Of a stretch of DNA of 64,000 nucleotides, positions 35,950 to 52,500 are shown piece by piece. The stretch lies in NCBI GenBank assembly GCA_002269645.1, contig NIVC01001813.1, positions 1 to 64,000 on the forward strand. The letters run 5' to 3'. The stretch is from Macrostomum lignano. Lineage: Eukaryota. The notes under the pieces are model-generated. The model ran no database searches and was not told where the DNA came from. It worked only from the letters and a program-made list of their open reading frames with translations. The position numbers were made by a program, and so were the translations under genes. Position 1 is the stretch's first letter, and the number at the start of each line of letters is the position of its first letter.

Positions 35950-36635
35950 CAGACTGGGCTGTCAGCTTTCACATGCCAAAAATAGACTGCAATACTGCAA
36001 TAATGCTACTAGTGGCTAGTTCTGTTAGTAGTATATTAAAAACAAGTTCAAGTCCAGCTTTATCATTCCGGCACATTATATTCTGCTGATATTTTTCATT
36101 CGTGAGCACTCCACTTATTGAGAACGGCACTAACTGAAAATAAATATTCCTGTTCATTTTGCTAAATATTGTACATTATTAGGCGTTGTGACTTTCTAAT
36201 ATGTTTTTCTGCATTTGAGAAAATTTGTCCGAATATTAGAGAACTTGTTTCCAATTTAGTTTGTGGGTCTGTTGGCACTGCCATTCGCTCACACGGGGTG
36301 TTCAGTTGTTTTGACAGTCTCATCGATAGACATGTACACAATTTTTACCATGATGTTGGCACTCAACACAAACACCAAGCCATTTTTTGAACAAGTCCCA
36401 AATTAAATTGTATGGCTGCGTACCGAATCGAACTTTGGTTAGCATTTTTCTACGAGCAACCAACCAACCAATCGAGCAACGATACCCTACATGCAAATTT
36501 GATCAACTGGGGCAGTAAGACAGGCGCTAAGTCTACTCACAGCTGTGTACATTGCAGTCACGTGACCCACGTCGCGCCGGTACATTGCGTCAGTAAAATT
36601 GAGCAATTAGACCAACCAAAGCAATCCTTGGGCAG

Positions 36636-36852
36636 GCCCCGTGGAGTCGCCCCCTCCCTAAAGTGTACAGTGGCCCCGCGGAGTCGCCCTCACCCTAAAG
36701 TGTACAGTGGCCCCGCGGAGTCGCCCCCACCCCAAAGTGTACAGTGGCCCCGCGGAGTCGCCCCCACCCCAAAGTGTACAATGGCCCTGCGGAGTCGCCC
36801 CCACCCCAAAGTGTACAGTGGCCCCGCGGAGTCGCCCCCACCTCAAAGTGTA
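36636..36852. repeat. 37-bp tandem repeat (GGCCCCGCGGAGTCGCCCCCACCCCAAAGTGTACAGT)n
   Basis: About 6 contiguous copies with no spacers. Confidence 0.93.
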
Positions 36853-37086
36853 CACTGATACTTCGCCCTTTTCGCGCATTGCATTGCAGCCTAAATGTAG
36901 TTAATGTTGATCGAATTTTATACACTGGTACAATTTATGATCAATGGTCACACCAGTCGAAGCCATCTCCTGGTAGTCCAAGAGAGTGACCTGTGTGGGA
37001 TGTCTTGGCGCCTCTAGTCGACCGGTTCGATAAGTTATCGCAGCTTTACTTCCCGTGGGTCAGCGCTGCAAACCGTCGAGTCTCGA

Positions 37087-40414
<3,328 letters not shown>

Positions 40415-40424
40415 GGCTGCGGAC

Positions 40425-40438
40425 TGACAGACAGACAC

Positions 40439-40469
<31 letters not shown>

Positions 40470-40533
40470 CACAGACAGTCAGACAGACAGACAGACAGAC
40501 AGACAGACAGTCAGGCAGCAGACAGACAGACAC

Positions 40534-40569
<36 letters not shown>

Positions 40570-40592
40570 TCAGGCAGCAGACAGACAGACAC

Positions 40593-40628
<36 letters not shown>

Positions 40629-40643
40629 CAGACAGACAGACAC

Positions 40644-40726
<83 letters not shown>

Positions 40727-40750
40727 GTCAGGCAGCAGACAGACAGACAC

Positions 40751-40790
<40 letters not shown>

Positions 40791-40805
40791 CAGACAGACA
40801 GACAC

Positions 40806-40876
<71 letters not shown>

Positions 40877-40913
40877 CACAGACAGACAGACAGACAGACA
40901 CACAGACAGACAC

Positions 40914-40944
<31 letters not shown>

Positions 40945-40975
40945 CACAGACAGACAGACAGACACACAGACAGAT
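40425..40975. repeat. (GACA)n microsatellite with recurring CACA/GGCAGCA interruptions
   Basis: Directly visible just after the NHL gene stop codon. Confidence 0.97.
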
Positions 40976-41216
40976 TTACAGTCGCAGGAAGTCCCAGCCT
41001 GGCATTCTTATTTTAATAATTATGAAATCACAAAATCCGCAATGCATGGCCCCTTGCGCATGAGCTGTGCCATCTTCCATTAATGCCACTTGGCCTTTTA
41101 TCATAGAATTAATCAAATATTCTCTGCCTTATTCGAATGTTTAAAGAAGATTGTTTAAATGCATGCTGTCTTATCCTAGTTACGAATGCTTGTTAACAGT
41201 TTTTTAGCACTGCGCT

Positions 41217-42843
41217 TTAACCATGAGCGGGCGGATGGCCCGATTTCCTCAGAAACTGCAGAAAGGTCTTTGTGCCACCTGACTGTCGGTAGATCACCCA
41301 CGAGTTCCGCACAAGAATCGCAAGAAGATGAAATCCCAGCTTGTGGAACCAGCGCATGCTCTTTCGGTTCGCGAGATACGGGTGCATTGAGGCGTCCAAA
41401 TGGTCAATCCCACCCATACTGGAAGAATAGGCAAGCACGCTAGCAGGCTTTTGCACCACCTGCATTGCACCACCGCGACGGTTGCGTTGAACCTGAATGC
41501 ATTCTGCCTTGCCCGCCGTGTCCAGCAAATACAGGGTCTTGGTGCCGCTTTGCTTCCTGTCGACAAATTTACACGCTAAGAGGTCACCTGAACATGCGAA
41601 TGCAGATGAAGTTGGGTGGATGTTGACAGCCTGCAAATCAGCCGGAATGCCGCGATCCTTCCGCACCGTCCCGGTCAGCAGCGTATCGTGTTGCAGCATC
41701 CAATCGGCCAGCCGGCGTGATGTAAACCAACTATCAGTGAACACATGATGTCCGAGATGGAGGAGACCGCGGCACAGCTCTGCCACAACTCTCTCGCTCA
41801 TACTCAAGCCTTGACATCCGAGTCGTTCACCAAACTGTTGATTAACCTCAGGAGACGTGTGTATGACGAAGTTCCATAAATATGAACTCTCAGTCTCGCA
41901 AAGGCAGTACAGCTTTATGCCATACTTGCTTCGCTTCGACGGGATATATTGCTTGAAAGCAACTCTCCCTTTATAAAGCACTAGCGTCTCATCAATTGAA
42001 AGTCGCTGTCGGGGCATGTAGTTATTGCTGCAGAGGTGCCTCACTCGATCGAGAAAGGGCTCTATCTTTGCCAATGGACCAGCACCTAAATCCTCGGAGC
42101 AGTCGTAGAAACGGAGACACGACGGAGCTGCTTAAATCGGTCTCTTGATAGAGAGAAAGGCTTGGAAAGAAACGGGCAGTGAAAGATCAGGTCGGTTGAC
42201 CAGTAGCTGGCTATTTCTGGCTTCTTGTCGACTCCCATGAGCAGCACAATGTCCACCAACTTTCGAGCTTCATTAGTGGAGCAATCACGCCAGTTTAACA
42301 CCAGCTTCGGTACAGCATCCTGAGTCTCTGCCTCCTGAAAGATCTTCCAAGCTTTTGCGTTGGTCCATCGGCTAATATCTTCAAACAGTTGATCCGTCAG
42401 AAATAGCTTCAGGAAAGCTTCTTCGTTTTCATCCGCAGCATGTGGAGAATGCCAATCAGGTCGTGCACCGGGGGTACCGAGGAATTAAGGCAAGGCTGAT
42501 GGTCGATTATCAGTGTCAGCTTGAACCATGTGCCACTCACCAACGTGTTCGACTCCTGGGTTCTCTACCTCATCTTCAAACTCATCAACGGCCTCGTCAG
42601 CAGTTGAGTAATAGCTAGACGAATCAGCTGACTCCGGTTTTGTTGATAAAGGATTAGTTTGAATGGATCTTGGAAACTCTATGCTAGAACTCTATGGAAT
42701 GCATTTGACTTTAACAGCTCCCGACGTCTACGGGTGTGAAAGTTAGACTAAGAAAATTTGTCTAATTTGTCTATGGCCCGATTTCGGACCAAGCAGTCGG
42801 GAACGGGTATGCTAGCAGGCAAAGGCAGTCTTGTAGTGGTTAA
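41217..42843 (-). mobile_element. Decayed piggyBac transposon (DDD transposase, frameshifted, C-terminal CRD missing)
   Basis: SIDETLVLYKGRVAFKQYIPSKRSKYGIK, VFTDSWFTS and MGGIDHLD (ORF 41217-42074). Upstream pieces read FLKLFLTDQLFEDISRWTNAKA and YWSTD..SRDRF, with a frameshift near 42115 and a stop near 42484. TTAA at 41217-41220; candidate other TTAA at 42840-42843. Confidence 0.9.
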
Positions 42844-43425
42844 TCGGAGGTGCAAAGAAATAAGCATTGCATTATTTCTGTGAAAGTACAGCATGTTTCG
42901 GCGCTCAATAAGAATGTTATTTGACGAGCTAGTATATTTGCTTTAGTGCGTATATAATCATTAATTTTATTAGCATATAAACATTATTTAAATACAAAGC
43001 ATTGAAGCAGTTTATTTTTACAAAAGTGCTTCAGATTTACTTCTGAATTTCTGTCAGGTTAGCGAGTTCTTTTGTTAATCTCTTGTTAATCTCTTGTTAA
43101 TCTCTTGTTAATCTCTTGTTAATTTAGGCATATATACGCTCGTATGGCTTGGGAATAAACAATAAAAATATTAATAATGTGAAGCTGCACATCGAACCCG
43201 CGGGCACTTCTTCATTGTCGGCATGCACTGACTGTACTCCCTACATTGACAATGCCGTGGAGTTGCTGATCCTTAAGTCCTTTCGAGAATGTTAATATGC
43301 CTTAAACCTAGTCTTCGATTCTCCAATAGATAGCGCACCGTTTTTAAGAAGTTGCCATGAGCACTCATAAAAGTGCATTTATTTATTTACACGAAGTTTT
43401 GCGACCGAGTTTCTCAGTCACCTAC

Positions 43426-45736
43426 TCAGCCTTCGGTCTCGTCAACAACCGTAGCCAGCGAGTCTTTGTTCGGGGCTTCTTCCACGACCCGCGGCAGAGG
43501 CGGCGGCGCGGTGGCTTTCTTGAACACGTCGCAGCCGCCGCGCTCTCCGGCGGACTCGTCGGCCGAGGATGACGAAGCCGAAGACGGATCGGCGATGGTG
43601 GCGCGCCTGAACCGAAGGCCGTTCCGGGACTCCAACTCGACGCCTTGGTCTCTGGGCTCGCAGCTGTGCAGCTTGAGCACGCCGCTCAGGTCCTGCTGCG
43701 AATGGTCCAGGCCTTTGCAGTCGCGGTACAAAGTCCACAGCCGGTGCACGATCTCCGAGCAGACGATGTCGCCGCAGTTCAAGGCGATCATTTTCAGCAC
43801 AAAGGTGCCGTCCTGTCGCAGAAAGGTGCGGCAGAAGGCCTGCACGTACTCGTTCTTCTTGGTCTCCTGGTAGTTATCGGACAGCTTGAGCATCCGGTTG
43901 ACGAAGTGGTTGCCGCAGCTGGTGTGGCAGACTCTGAACAGCCAGGTCGCCAGGCTGATGACTGTCGCAACCGAGACGAACACGAACCAGAACCAGAGGA
44001 AGATGTAGATCTTCTCGTTGATCATGTTCACCGGCAGGATGCACTGCGCGAACTGCCAGTTGGCGCCGACAGCGGATTTCACCAGCACTGCGCAGCAGCC
44101 GATCCTCGGGAAGATTTTGCTCACCTGCCAGTCCCGGCCGTGAGAAATGTCCCACAGCAGCTGGGCGCCAAGGAAGTCGTAGCGCTTCGACTCAATGCCG
44201 AGGAATTTGCGCATCAGGCCCAGCTGGCTGAGCACGTTGGTCAGGTAGACAATCTTGATGAGCAGGTAGCTGAGGATGAGCCAGCTGCCCGACGCTTTGG
44301 CGGGCATGGCAACAGAGAGCGCGCGCCAGGCCTTCGCAAAGGCGTTCCGCATCTTGTCCGGACCTCGGAGAGACCTGCGGGTCGCGGAGATTGCTCCGTC
44401 TGATAATTACATGGATAAACCCTCTGTCACAACTTCAATAGCTGTTGTGACCCTTTGTCCCGATTCCACTGGACTGTTGTGACCCTTTGTCCCGATTCCA
44501 CTGGACTGTTGTGACCCTTTGTCCCGATTCCACTGGACTGTTGTGACCCTTTGTCCCGATTCCACTGGACTGTTGTGACCCTTTGTCCCGATTCCACTGG
44601 ACTGTTGTGACCCTGTGTCCCGATTCCACTGGACTGTTGTGACCCTTTGTCCCGATCCCACTGGACTGTTGTGACCCTTTGTCTCAATTCCACTGGACTG
44701 TTGTGACCCTTTGTCCCAATTCCACTGGACTGTTGTGACCCTTTGTCCCGATTCCACTGGACTGTTGTGACCCTTTGTCCCGATTCCACTGGACTGTTGT
44801 GACCCTTTGTCTCAATTCCACTGGACTGTTGTGACCCTTTGTCCCAATTCCACTGGACTGTTGTGACCCTTTGTCCCAATTCCACTGGACTGTTGTGACC
44901 CTTTGTCCCGATTCCACTGGACTGTTGTAACCCTTTGTCCCGATTCCACTGGACTGTTGTGACCCTTTGTCCCAATTCCACTGGACTGTTGTGACCCTTT
45001 GTCCCGATTCCACTGGACTGTTGTGACCCTTTGTCCCGATTCCACTGGACTGTTGTGACCCTTTGTCCCAATTCCACTGGACTGTTGTGACCCTTTGTCC
45101 CAATTCCACTGGACTGTTGTGACCCTTTGTCCCGATTCCACTGGACTGTTGTGACCCTTTGTCCCAACTGCAGAGTTTCTAAGTCACAAAAGTCACGCAC
45201 TTTGCGCAGTTCTTGCGCATCATCTGATGCAACATCCGGCTAGCGTGGTTCACCATCTTCTCGTGCCGTTCCCCAGTCTCCCTGGCAGCGTCCCTGACAA
45301 CACGGACCACGTGACCAACGTCCGTGCCGGCCCTATCGTAGCTGATGACGTTCCAGAGCAGCCTGGGCAGGTAGAACAGCACGGCCTGCACCGCCAGCAC
45401 GATGGGCACCCACTGGTAGTAGACGATCTTATCGCCCGCGTAGGCCGACACTCCACCGTCGTGCAAGTCGGCGTACAACGAGAAGTTCACTGGGTGCACC
45501 GCGTAGGTGCCCTCCGTCCAGCAGTAGCTGTTCACGTACTCCAGCTGGTTCTCCACCGTGAAGCCGATCGGGGTGGGCACGAAGCAGGCCACGGGCTCCA
45601 GGAAGTAGGTCTTCATGGTCACCAGGCTGCAGAGCACCGTGAGCAGGCAGCTGGTCCACTTGTAGCTCAGCTCGTCTGCGAAGTCTTCAACTCCGATGTA
45701 GTTGACGATGTCCATCTTGCGGAATTGCTCCAGCAT
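43426..45736 (-). CDS. inx: Innexin (gap-junction protein) copy 1, about 494 aa; exons 45201-45736 and 43426-44374
   Basis: [68 protein letters not shown] and [10 protein letters not shown]. The phase-2 join AA|GTGCGT ... ccgcag|G keeps the frame. Confidence 0.93.
44440..45170. repeat. 32-bp minisatellite (GACTGTTGTGACCCTTTGTCCCGATTCCACTG)n filling the innexin-1 intron
   Basis: About 23 copies. Confidence 0.95.
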
Positions 45737-45779
45737 TCCCTCTGGACCCGCCTGTTATTGTTGGTTGGGGCGGAATTTA

Positions 45780-46795
45780 ATAACCCACAGCAGATGAGGA
45801 TTAACCCACAGCCAGATGAGGATTAACCCGTGAGTACATGATGAACCCACAGCCAGATGAGGATTAACCCGTGAGTACATGATGAACCCACAGCCAGATG
45901 AGGATTAACCCACAGCCAGGTGGGGACATGATTAACCCACAGCCAGATGAGGATTAACCCACAGCCAGATGAGGATTAACCCACAGCCAGATGAGGATTA
46001 ACCCACAGCCAGATGAGGATTAACCCACAGCCAGATGAGGATTAACCCACAGCCAGATGAGGATTAACCCACAGCCAGGTGAGGATTAACCCACAGCCAG
46101 ATGAGGATTAACCCACAGCCAGATGAGGATTAACCCACAGCCAGATGAGGATTAACCCACAGCCAGATGAGGATTAACCCACAGCCAGATGAGGATTAAC
46201 CCACAGCCAGATGAGGATTAACTTACAGCCAGATGAGGATTAACCCACAGCCAGATGAGGATTAACCCACAGCCAGATGAGGATTAACCCACAGCCAGAT
46301 GAGGATTAACCCACAGCCAGATGAGGATTAACCCACAGCCAGATGAGGATTAACCCACAGCCAGATGAGTATTAACCCACAGCCAGATGAGGATTAACCC
46401 ACAGCCAGGTGGGGACATGATTAACCCACAGCCAGATGAGGATTAACCAACAGCCAGAAGAGGATTAACCCACAGCCAGGTGAGTACATGATTAACCCAC
46501 AGCCAGGTGAGTACATGATTAACCCACAACCAGGTGAGTGCATGATTAACCCACAGCCAGGTGAAGATTAACCCGTGAGTACATGATGAACCCACAGCCA
46601 AATAAGGATTAACCCACAGCCAGGTGAAGATTAACCCGTGAGTACATGATGAACCCACAGCCAAATAAGGATTAACCCGCAGCCAAATAAGGATTAACCC
46701 ACAGCCAGGTGAGTACATGGTTAACCCACAGCCAGGTGAGGACATGATTAACCCACAGCCAGGTGAGGATTAACCTACAGCCAGGTGAGCACACA
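45780..46795. repeat. 22-bp minisatellite (GGATTAACCCACAGCCAGATGA)n in the probable 5'UTR intron of innexin 1
   Basis: About 45 copies, between a minus-strand donor GTAAGT (46805-46810) and an acceptor near 45752. Confidence 0.95.
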
Positions 46796-48459
46796 GTTAA
46801 GATTAACTTACTGATTCCTCATTATCAGACCCCATACTGGCTGCCCAGCAAGCAGTTTGGCGACTTTGGAAAACTGCCGAGCAGATCGAATAATTCGAAC
46901 TCGAGATTCGACACAAATGAAAAATGCGAACTCAGAACCGGCTCGATCAGGCAAACCGCAAGGCTCGCCTTTCTCTTCTTCTCTTCTCTCTCTGCCTCTT
47001 GAGCTCGCGGCAGGGCAAGCCCAGTCTGCTTCCACGCAAATTTGCTTTTGTGGGCAGCCAATTTTGGCATTGTGTACTCGCAGCATTTTTTATTATTTGG
47101 CCAATGCAACACCGCGCTGCTGAGATGCTCTCAGAACTCTTCATCTCATCTCTTTCCCTTTCTAACTGCTGTTACCTCTCTCTCTCTCTCCTCTTCTGAG
47201 ACCGCGGCTTGCGCTCAGCTCGCCCTGACGTGAAACTGCGACCCAAACGACTTGCCAACCAAAATTATTGCTTATACCCAGATTTCCATATCTGCCACAG
47301 GCTACTCGCAAGTAGAGAATAGATGGGAGATTTCCTAAACATATTCGAGCATATCATCGAGAGCTTAACTCCGCTTTACTTGTAGAAAATCCCACAAATG
47401 CTCTAACTATCCTATCTACTGACATTTCTAGAACTGAAACTACTAATAGTAGAGTAAAAGCAAATCTCAGTTACCCGTTTATGCAGTCGATTCCCCGGCT
47501 CATCAATGTCTACGGAAAGAGGTAAAAATGACATTGATGAAGGCCCTGGGGTCTTTTATATATTGGTAAATTAATTTCCATAGAAAACAGTTCTGGTTAA
47601 AAAATCGGTTCGGTAGCAGTGGAAATATTTACAGAAAGAATAACAATTTCGATTGAGGTAGCGAACACAAAGCTACTCGTAAGTAGTACAGCAGAAAAAT
47701 CACAACGGCGCACAACAGACAGCTGGGCTAACACAAAAATCAAAACGTGTATTGCACTTGGCAATAATTTTTTTTCATGTTGGATATTGCTTATACATGT
47801 AAAATCAACAACTGGACTTTGTAGCTTGGAGCAAAGCTAACTAATTAATTAGTTAATTAGTTAATTAGTTAATTAGTAGGCACGCAGATTATGCGCACTT
47901 TATTGCTCACTAGGTGAGACCCACAACTCGTGAAATTGCGGCTAACATTTGATGGCTTATTGAATACAGTAACTGCTTCGCGTGAGAGTTTTCGAATTCG
48001 AATAATGAGCACAGAAACGCCAAATAGCAACACGTACGAGCTTACTACTATTAGTATAGTAATTTCCAATACAGTAGGCACAACAAAAATTATGAAAATT
48101 ACAACAGCTTAGAAATCTATGCGATTTCTGTCGCATAGACAGAGCCTGAATGAATACTACTTGTCATCATCATCACATACTACTTTCAAGTAGTTTGCTA
48201 CGCGTGCACAGAAAAAATGACTAGAATAAGTATATGTTATCGGGTGCAGACTTGCTGATAAACACGGGTTGTGCATTCAGTGTGCAATTGGATTCAAGCG
48301 CTCGCTGGCTGAGAATGTACAATGCACGGACAGTGAATGTAAATTGCACGGACAGTGAATGTAAATTGCACGGACAGTGAATGTACATTGCATGCACAGC
48401 CAGTGTACATGTATACTTAATAAACAAAAAAGAAACTATTCCTTTCAATCCATTCTGTA

Positions 48460-49485
48460 ATCATGTTGACTCTGCACTGCCCATTCTGTAATCATGTGAC
48501 TCTACACTGCCCATTCTGTAATCATGTGACTCTACACTGCTCATTCTGTAATCATGTGACTCTACACTGCTCATTCTGTAATCATGTGACTCTACACTGC
48601 TCATTCTGTAATCATCTGACTCTACACAGCTCATTCTGTAATCATGTGACTCTACACTGCTCATTCTGTAATCATGTGACTCTACACTGCTCATTCTGTA
48701 ATCATGTGACTCTACACTGCTCATTCTGTAATCATGTGACTCTACACAGCTCATTCTGTAATCATGTGACTCTACACTGCTCATTCTGTAATCATGTGAC
48801 TCTACACTGCTCATTCTGTAATCATGTGACTCTACACTGCTCATTCTGTAATCATGTGACTCTACACTGCTCATTCTGTAATCATCTGACTCTACACAGC
48901 TCATTCTGTAATCATGTGACTCTACACTGCTCATTCTGTAATCATGTGACTCTACACTGCTCATTCTGTAATCATCTGACTCTACACAGCTCATTCTGTA
49001 ATCATGTGACTCTACACTGCTCATTCTGTAATCATGTGACTCTACACTGCTCATTCTGTAATCATCTGACTCTACACAGCTCATTCTGTAATCATGTGAC
49101 TCTACACTGCTCATTCTGTAATCATGTGACTCTACACTGCTCATTCTGTAATCATCTGACTCTACACTGCTCATTCTGTAATCATGTGACTCTACACTGC
49201 TCATTCTGTAATCATGTGACTCTACACTGCTCATTCTGTAATCATCTGACTCTACACTGCTCATTCTGTAATCATCTGACTCTACACAGCTCATTCTGTA
49301 ATCATGTGACTCTACACTGCTCATTCTGTAATCATGTGACTCTACACTGCTCATTCTGTAATCATCTGACTCTACACTGCTCATTCTGTAATCATGTGAC
49401 TCTACACTGCTCATTCTGTAATCATGTGACTCTACACTGCCCATTCTGTAATCATCTGACTCTACACTGCCCATTCTGTAATAAT
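48460..49485. repeat. 30-bp minisatellite (TCATTCTGTAATCATGTGACTCTACACTGC)n between the two innexins
   Basis: About 34 near-perfect copies starting just after the innexin-2 stop codon. Confidence 0.97.
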
Positions 49486-49533
49486 ACTGCTTTTGCCACT
49501 GGGTCTCCAAAGCCAGTCAAAGATGCTTTGATT

Positions 49534-52500
49534 TCAAACGGGTGCCTCGTAGGTCGCCGACTTCTTGCGCGCTCCGCCGATGGCCGCCTCCACCGTCACC
49601 GTGGTGGCCGACGGCCGCTGTCGCGTTTCGCCGCCGCTTGCCGGGTGCGAGACAAATCGCTGAAGCGCCGGGGGCGACTTCTCGAACTCGGCAACGGGAG
49701 CTGGCGGCTGCTGCTGCTCAAGCAGACGCTTCTCAGTCTCTTCCGCCTCGGCCTCGGGCTCCGGCGGCACGCAGACGACGCCCTCTGGCGCCGGCGGCTC
49801 GCCGTAGCGTCTTCGTCGATAAACCGACCAGAGGTTCTGCACCACCTCCGAGCAGATCACGTCGCCGGAGTTGAGCGCAATCATCCTCAGCAGGAAGGTG
49901 CCGTCCTGACGCAGGAAGTCGCGGACGAACCGGTGCAGGTCGCGCTTGTCCACGCCACCGCCGCGGCCGTCCCAGGTGTCCGTCATTTGCAGGTAGCGCT
50001 TGACAAAGCCCGCCCGCCGCCTGATCTGCACAAGGCGCCAGACCCACATCGGGACGCTGAACACGGTGACAATGGCCACGCCGAGCACCCAGAACCACAG
50101 GAACACGTAGATCTTCTCGTTGATCATGTTGATCGGCAGGGTGCACTGCGAGAACACGAAGTTGCCGCCGCTCGACAGTCGGTAGAAGACGGCACAGGCG
50201 CCAACCCTGGGGAACACCATCGTCTGCGTCCAGTCGCGGCCTCGGCGAAGGTTCTGAAAGACGGCGGCGCCGTACGCGAAGTAGGTGGAGTTGAAGCCCA
50301 GGAAGGCGTGCATGAAGTACAGCTGGCCGATCGCGTTGGCGGTGTAGCACAGCTTCATCGCAAAGTAGATGAAGATCAGCCAGTTGCCGAGCCGGCGCGA
50401 TGGCAGCAGGAAATGGCGCTGAATCCTGCGCTGCAGCTTCTGCGCCAGCGTCAGCTTGGAGAGCTGGGAAGGGGGGGGGGGCAGTTCGTTGAGCAAATCT
50501 CTGGGAATTAGGGTCTGCTAGCAGTCTTAGTCCCATTTGGGCTAAGAAGAAATTGAAGAAATGTTTTTTTTAAAAACTATGAAAAGTATGTTACGAGTAA
50601 AACGCCTTGCATAGTCACTAAAGTCTAAAGCAGAAATAACAATATCCCTAATAGCGAGCTTTTCTGATTAAGATTCCAAATGACCCAAGGATTCCCTGTC
50701 AGCAATTCCCTGCGATCCCTGGTATCTCAGCAATTCCCCATGGCCCTTGGTGTCTTAGCAATTCCCTGTGATCCCTGGCATCTCAGCAATTCCCCATGGC
50801 CCTTGGTGTCTTAGCAATTCCCTGTGATCCCTGGCATCTCAGCAATTCCCCATGGCCCTTGGTGTCTTAGCAATTCCCTGTGATCCCTGGCATCTCAGCA
50901 ATTCCCCATGGCCCTTGTTGTCTTAGCAATTCCCTGTGATCCCTGGCATCTCAGCAATTCCCCATGGCCCTTGGTGTCTTAGCAATTCCCCATGATCCTT
51001 GACATCTCAGCCATTCCCCATAATCCTTGACATCTCAGCAATTCCCCATGATCCTTGGTATTTCAGCAATTCCCCATGAGCCTTAGCATCTTAGCAACTC
51101 TTCTTGATCCTTTTATTTGAATTTTATCTACGCTTGTAATTCTAACAAATTTTGGCTACTTTTTATCGATTTTATGAATGTTTCAAATTCTTATTTTATT
51201 TAAATCACGGATAGTATTGTTTATAATGCCTCATCATTTCCGGGTTGGCAAGAATTTTCTCGCTCGCAAGTTGGCTAACTCTAAGCATTGGCAAATTTTG
51301 CAAATGGAAGTCTAACAGTTCTGCTTGTTGTTCATTAGGCAAATGTTCTCTTTGACCGAACTTACACATCCTGTTTTATCTATTTTCAGCTATGTCTCTT
51401 TCCTACGCAAATAATATATTTGCAATTTATTTTCTATAATTCTATCGATCTATTATTGTACAATTTGATATTTGATCTTATTTTGATTTTGGCGCCACTT
51501 CAACGCCGCGGAAAATATTTTAGCGCCATTTTAGCGCCGCTGGATTAGTGGATTTTAGTGCCAAGACCCAGTCTAATACAGCGCCTCCATTCGCCAGCCC
51601 AGCAGCCTCACCCCAGAGTGCTCGCTCCTCTCCAGCTTCTCATTCTGAAAGAGCATCTGCTCCAGCCGTTTGCACACGTGCTGCACCAGCTTGGCGTGCT
51701 TCTCGGAGTCCGAGGTAACCGCATCGTTGGCCGCCCGGATGATGTGGCCGACATCCGTGCCAGCTCTGTTGTAGCTCATCATGCTCCACAGCACCTTGGG
51801 CAGGTAGAATAGCAGGGATTGAAGGCCCAGCACGAACGGCACCCATTGGTAGTAGATTATCCGCCTGTCCTCGTACTTGGCTATCGGGTCTTTCAAAGTG
51901 TTGTCGATGTGGAACTCGGACAGAGGCACCGCGAATGTGCCTGAAAGTTGTGTATTATAATCATAATTCATATGCCTAGTTGTCTATCTATCCCTGTGTC
52001 CACTCCCCAGTTACTTATCTATCCCCGTGTCTATACACCCAGACTCTTATCTATCCCCGGGAGCGCTGTGTCTGCACCCAGGCTCTTATCTATCCCTGTG
52101 TCCACTCCCCAGTTACTTATCTATCCCTGTGTCTATACACCCAGACTCTTATCTATCCCTGTGTCCACTCCTTAGTTACTCATCTATCCCTGTGTCCACT
52201 CCCCAGTTACTCATCTATCCCTGTGTCCACTCCCCAGTTACTTATCTATCCCTGTGTCCACTCCCCAGTTACTCATCTATCCCTGTGTCCACTCCCCAGT
52301 TACTTATCTATCCCTGTGTCTATACACCCAGACTCTTATCTATCCCTGTGTCCACTCCCCAGTTACTCATCTATCCCTGTGTCCACTCCCCAGTATCCCA
52401 CATCTATCCCTGTGTCCACTCCCCAGTATCCCACATCTATCCCTGTGTCCACTCCCCAGTATCCCACATCTATCCCTGTGTCTATACACCCAGACTCTTA

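Noticed and set aside
36636-36852. 37-bp repeats of CRISPR-like length
   Set aside because: The units are contiguous with no unique spacers, there are no cas genes, and the context is eukaryotic.
48463-50511. 682-aa ORF with about 34 HVTLHCSFCN (CxxC-H, zinc-finger-like) repeats
   Set aside because: It is a 30-bp minisatellite read in frame and then continues antisense through innexin-2 exon 3. There is no independent coding evidence.
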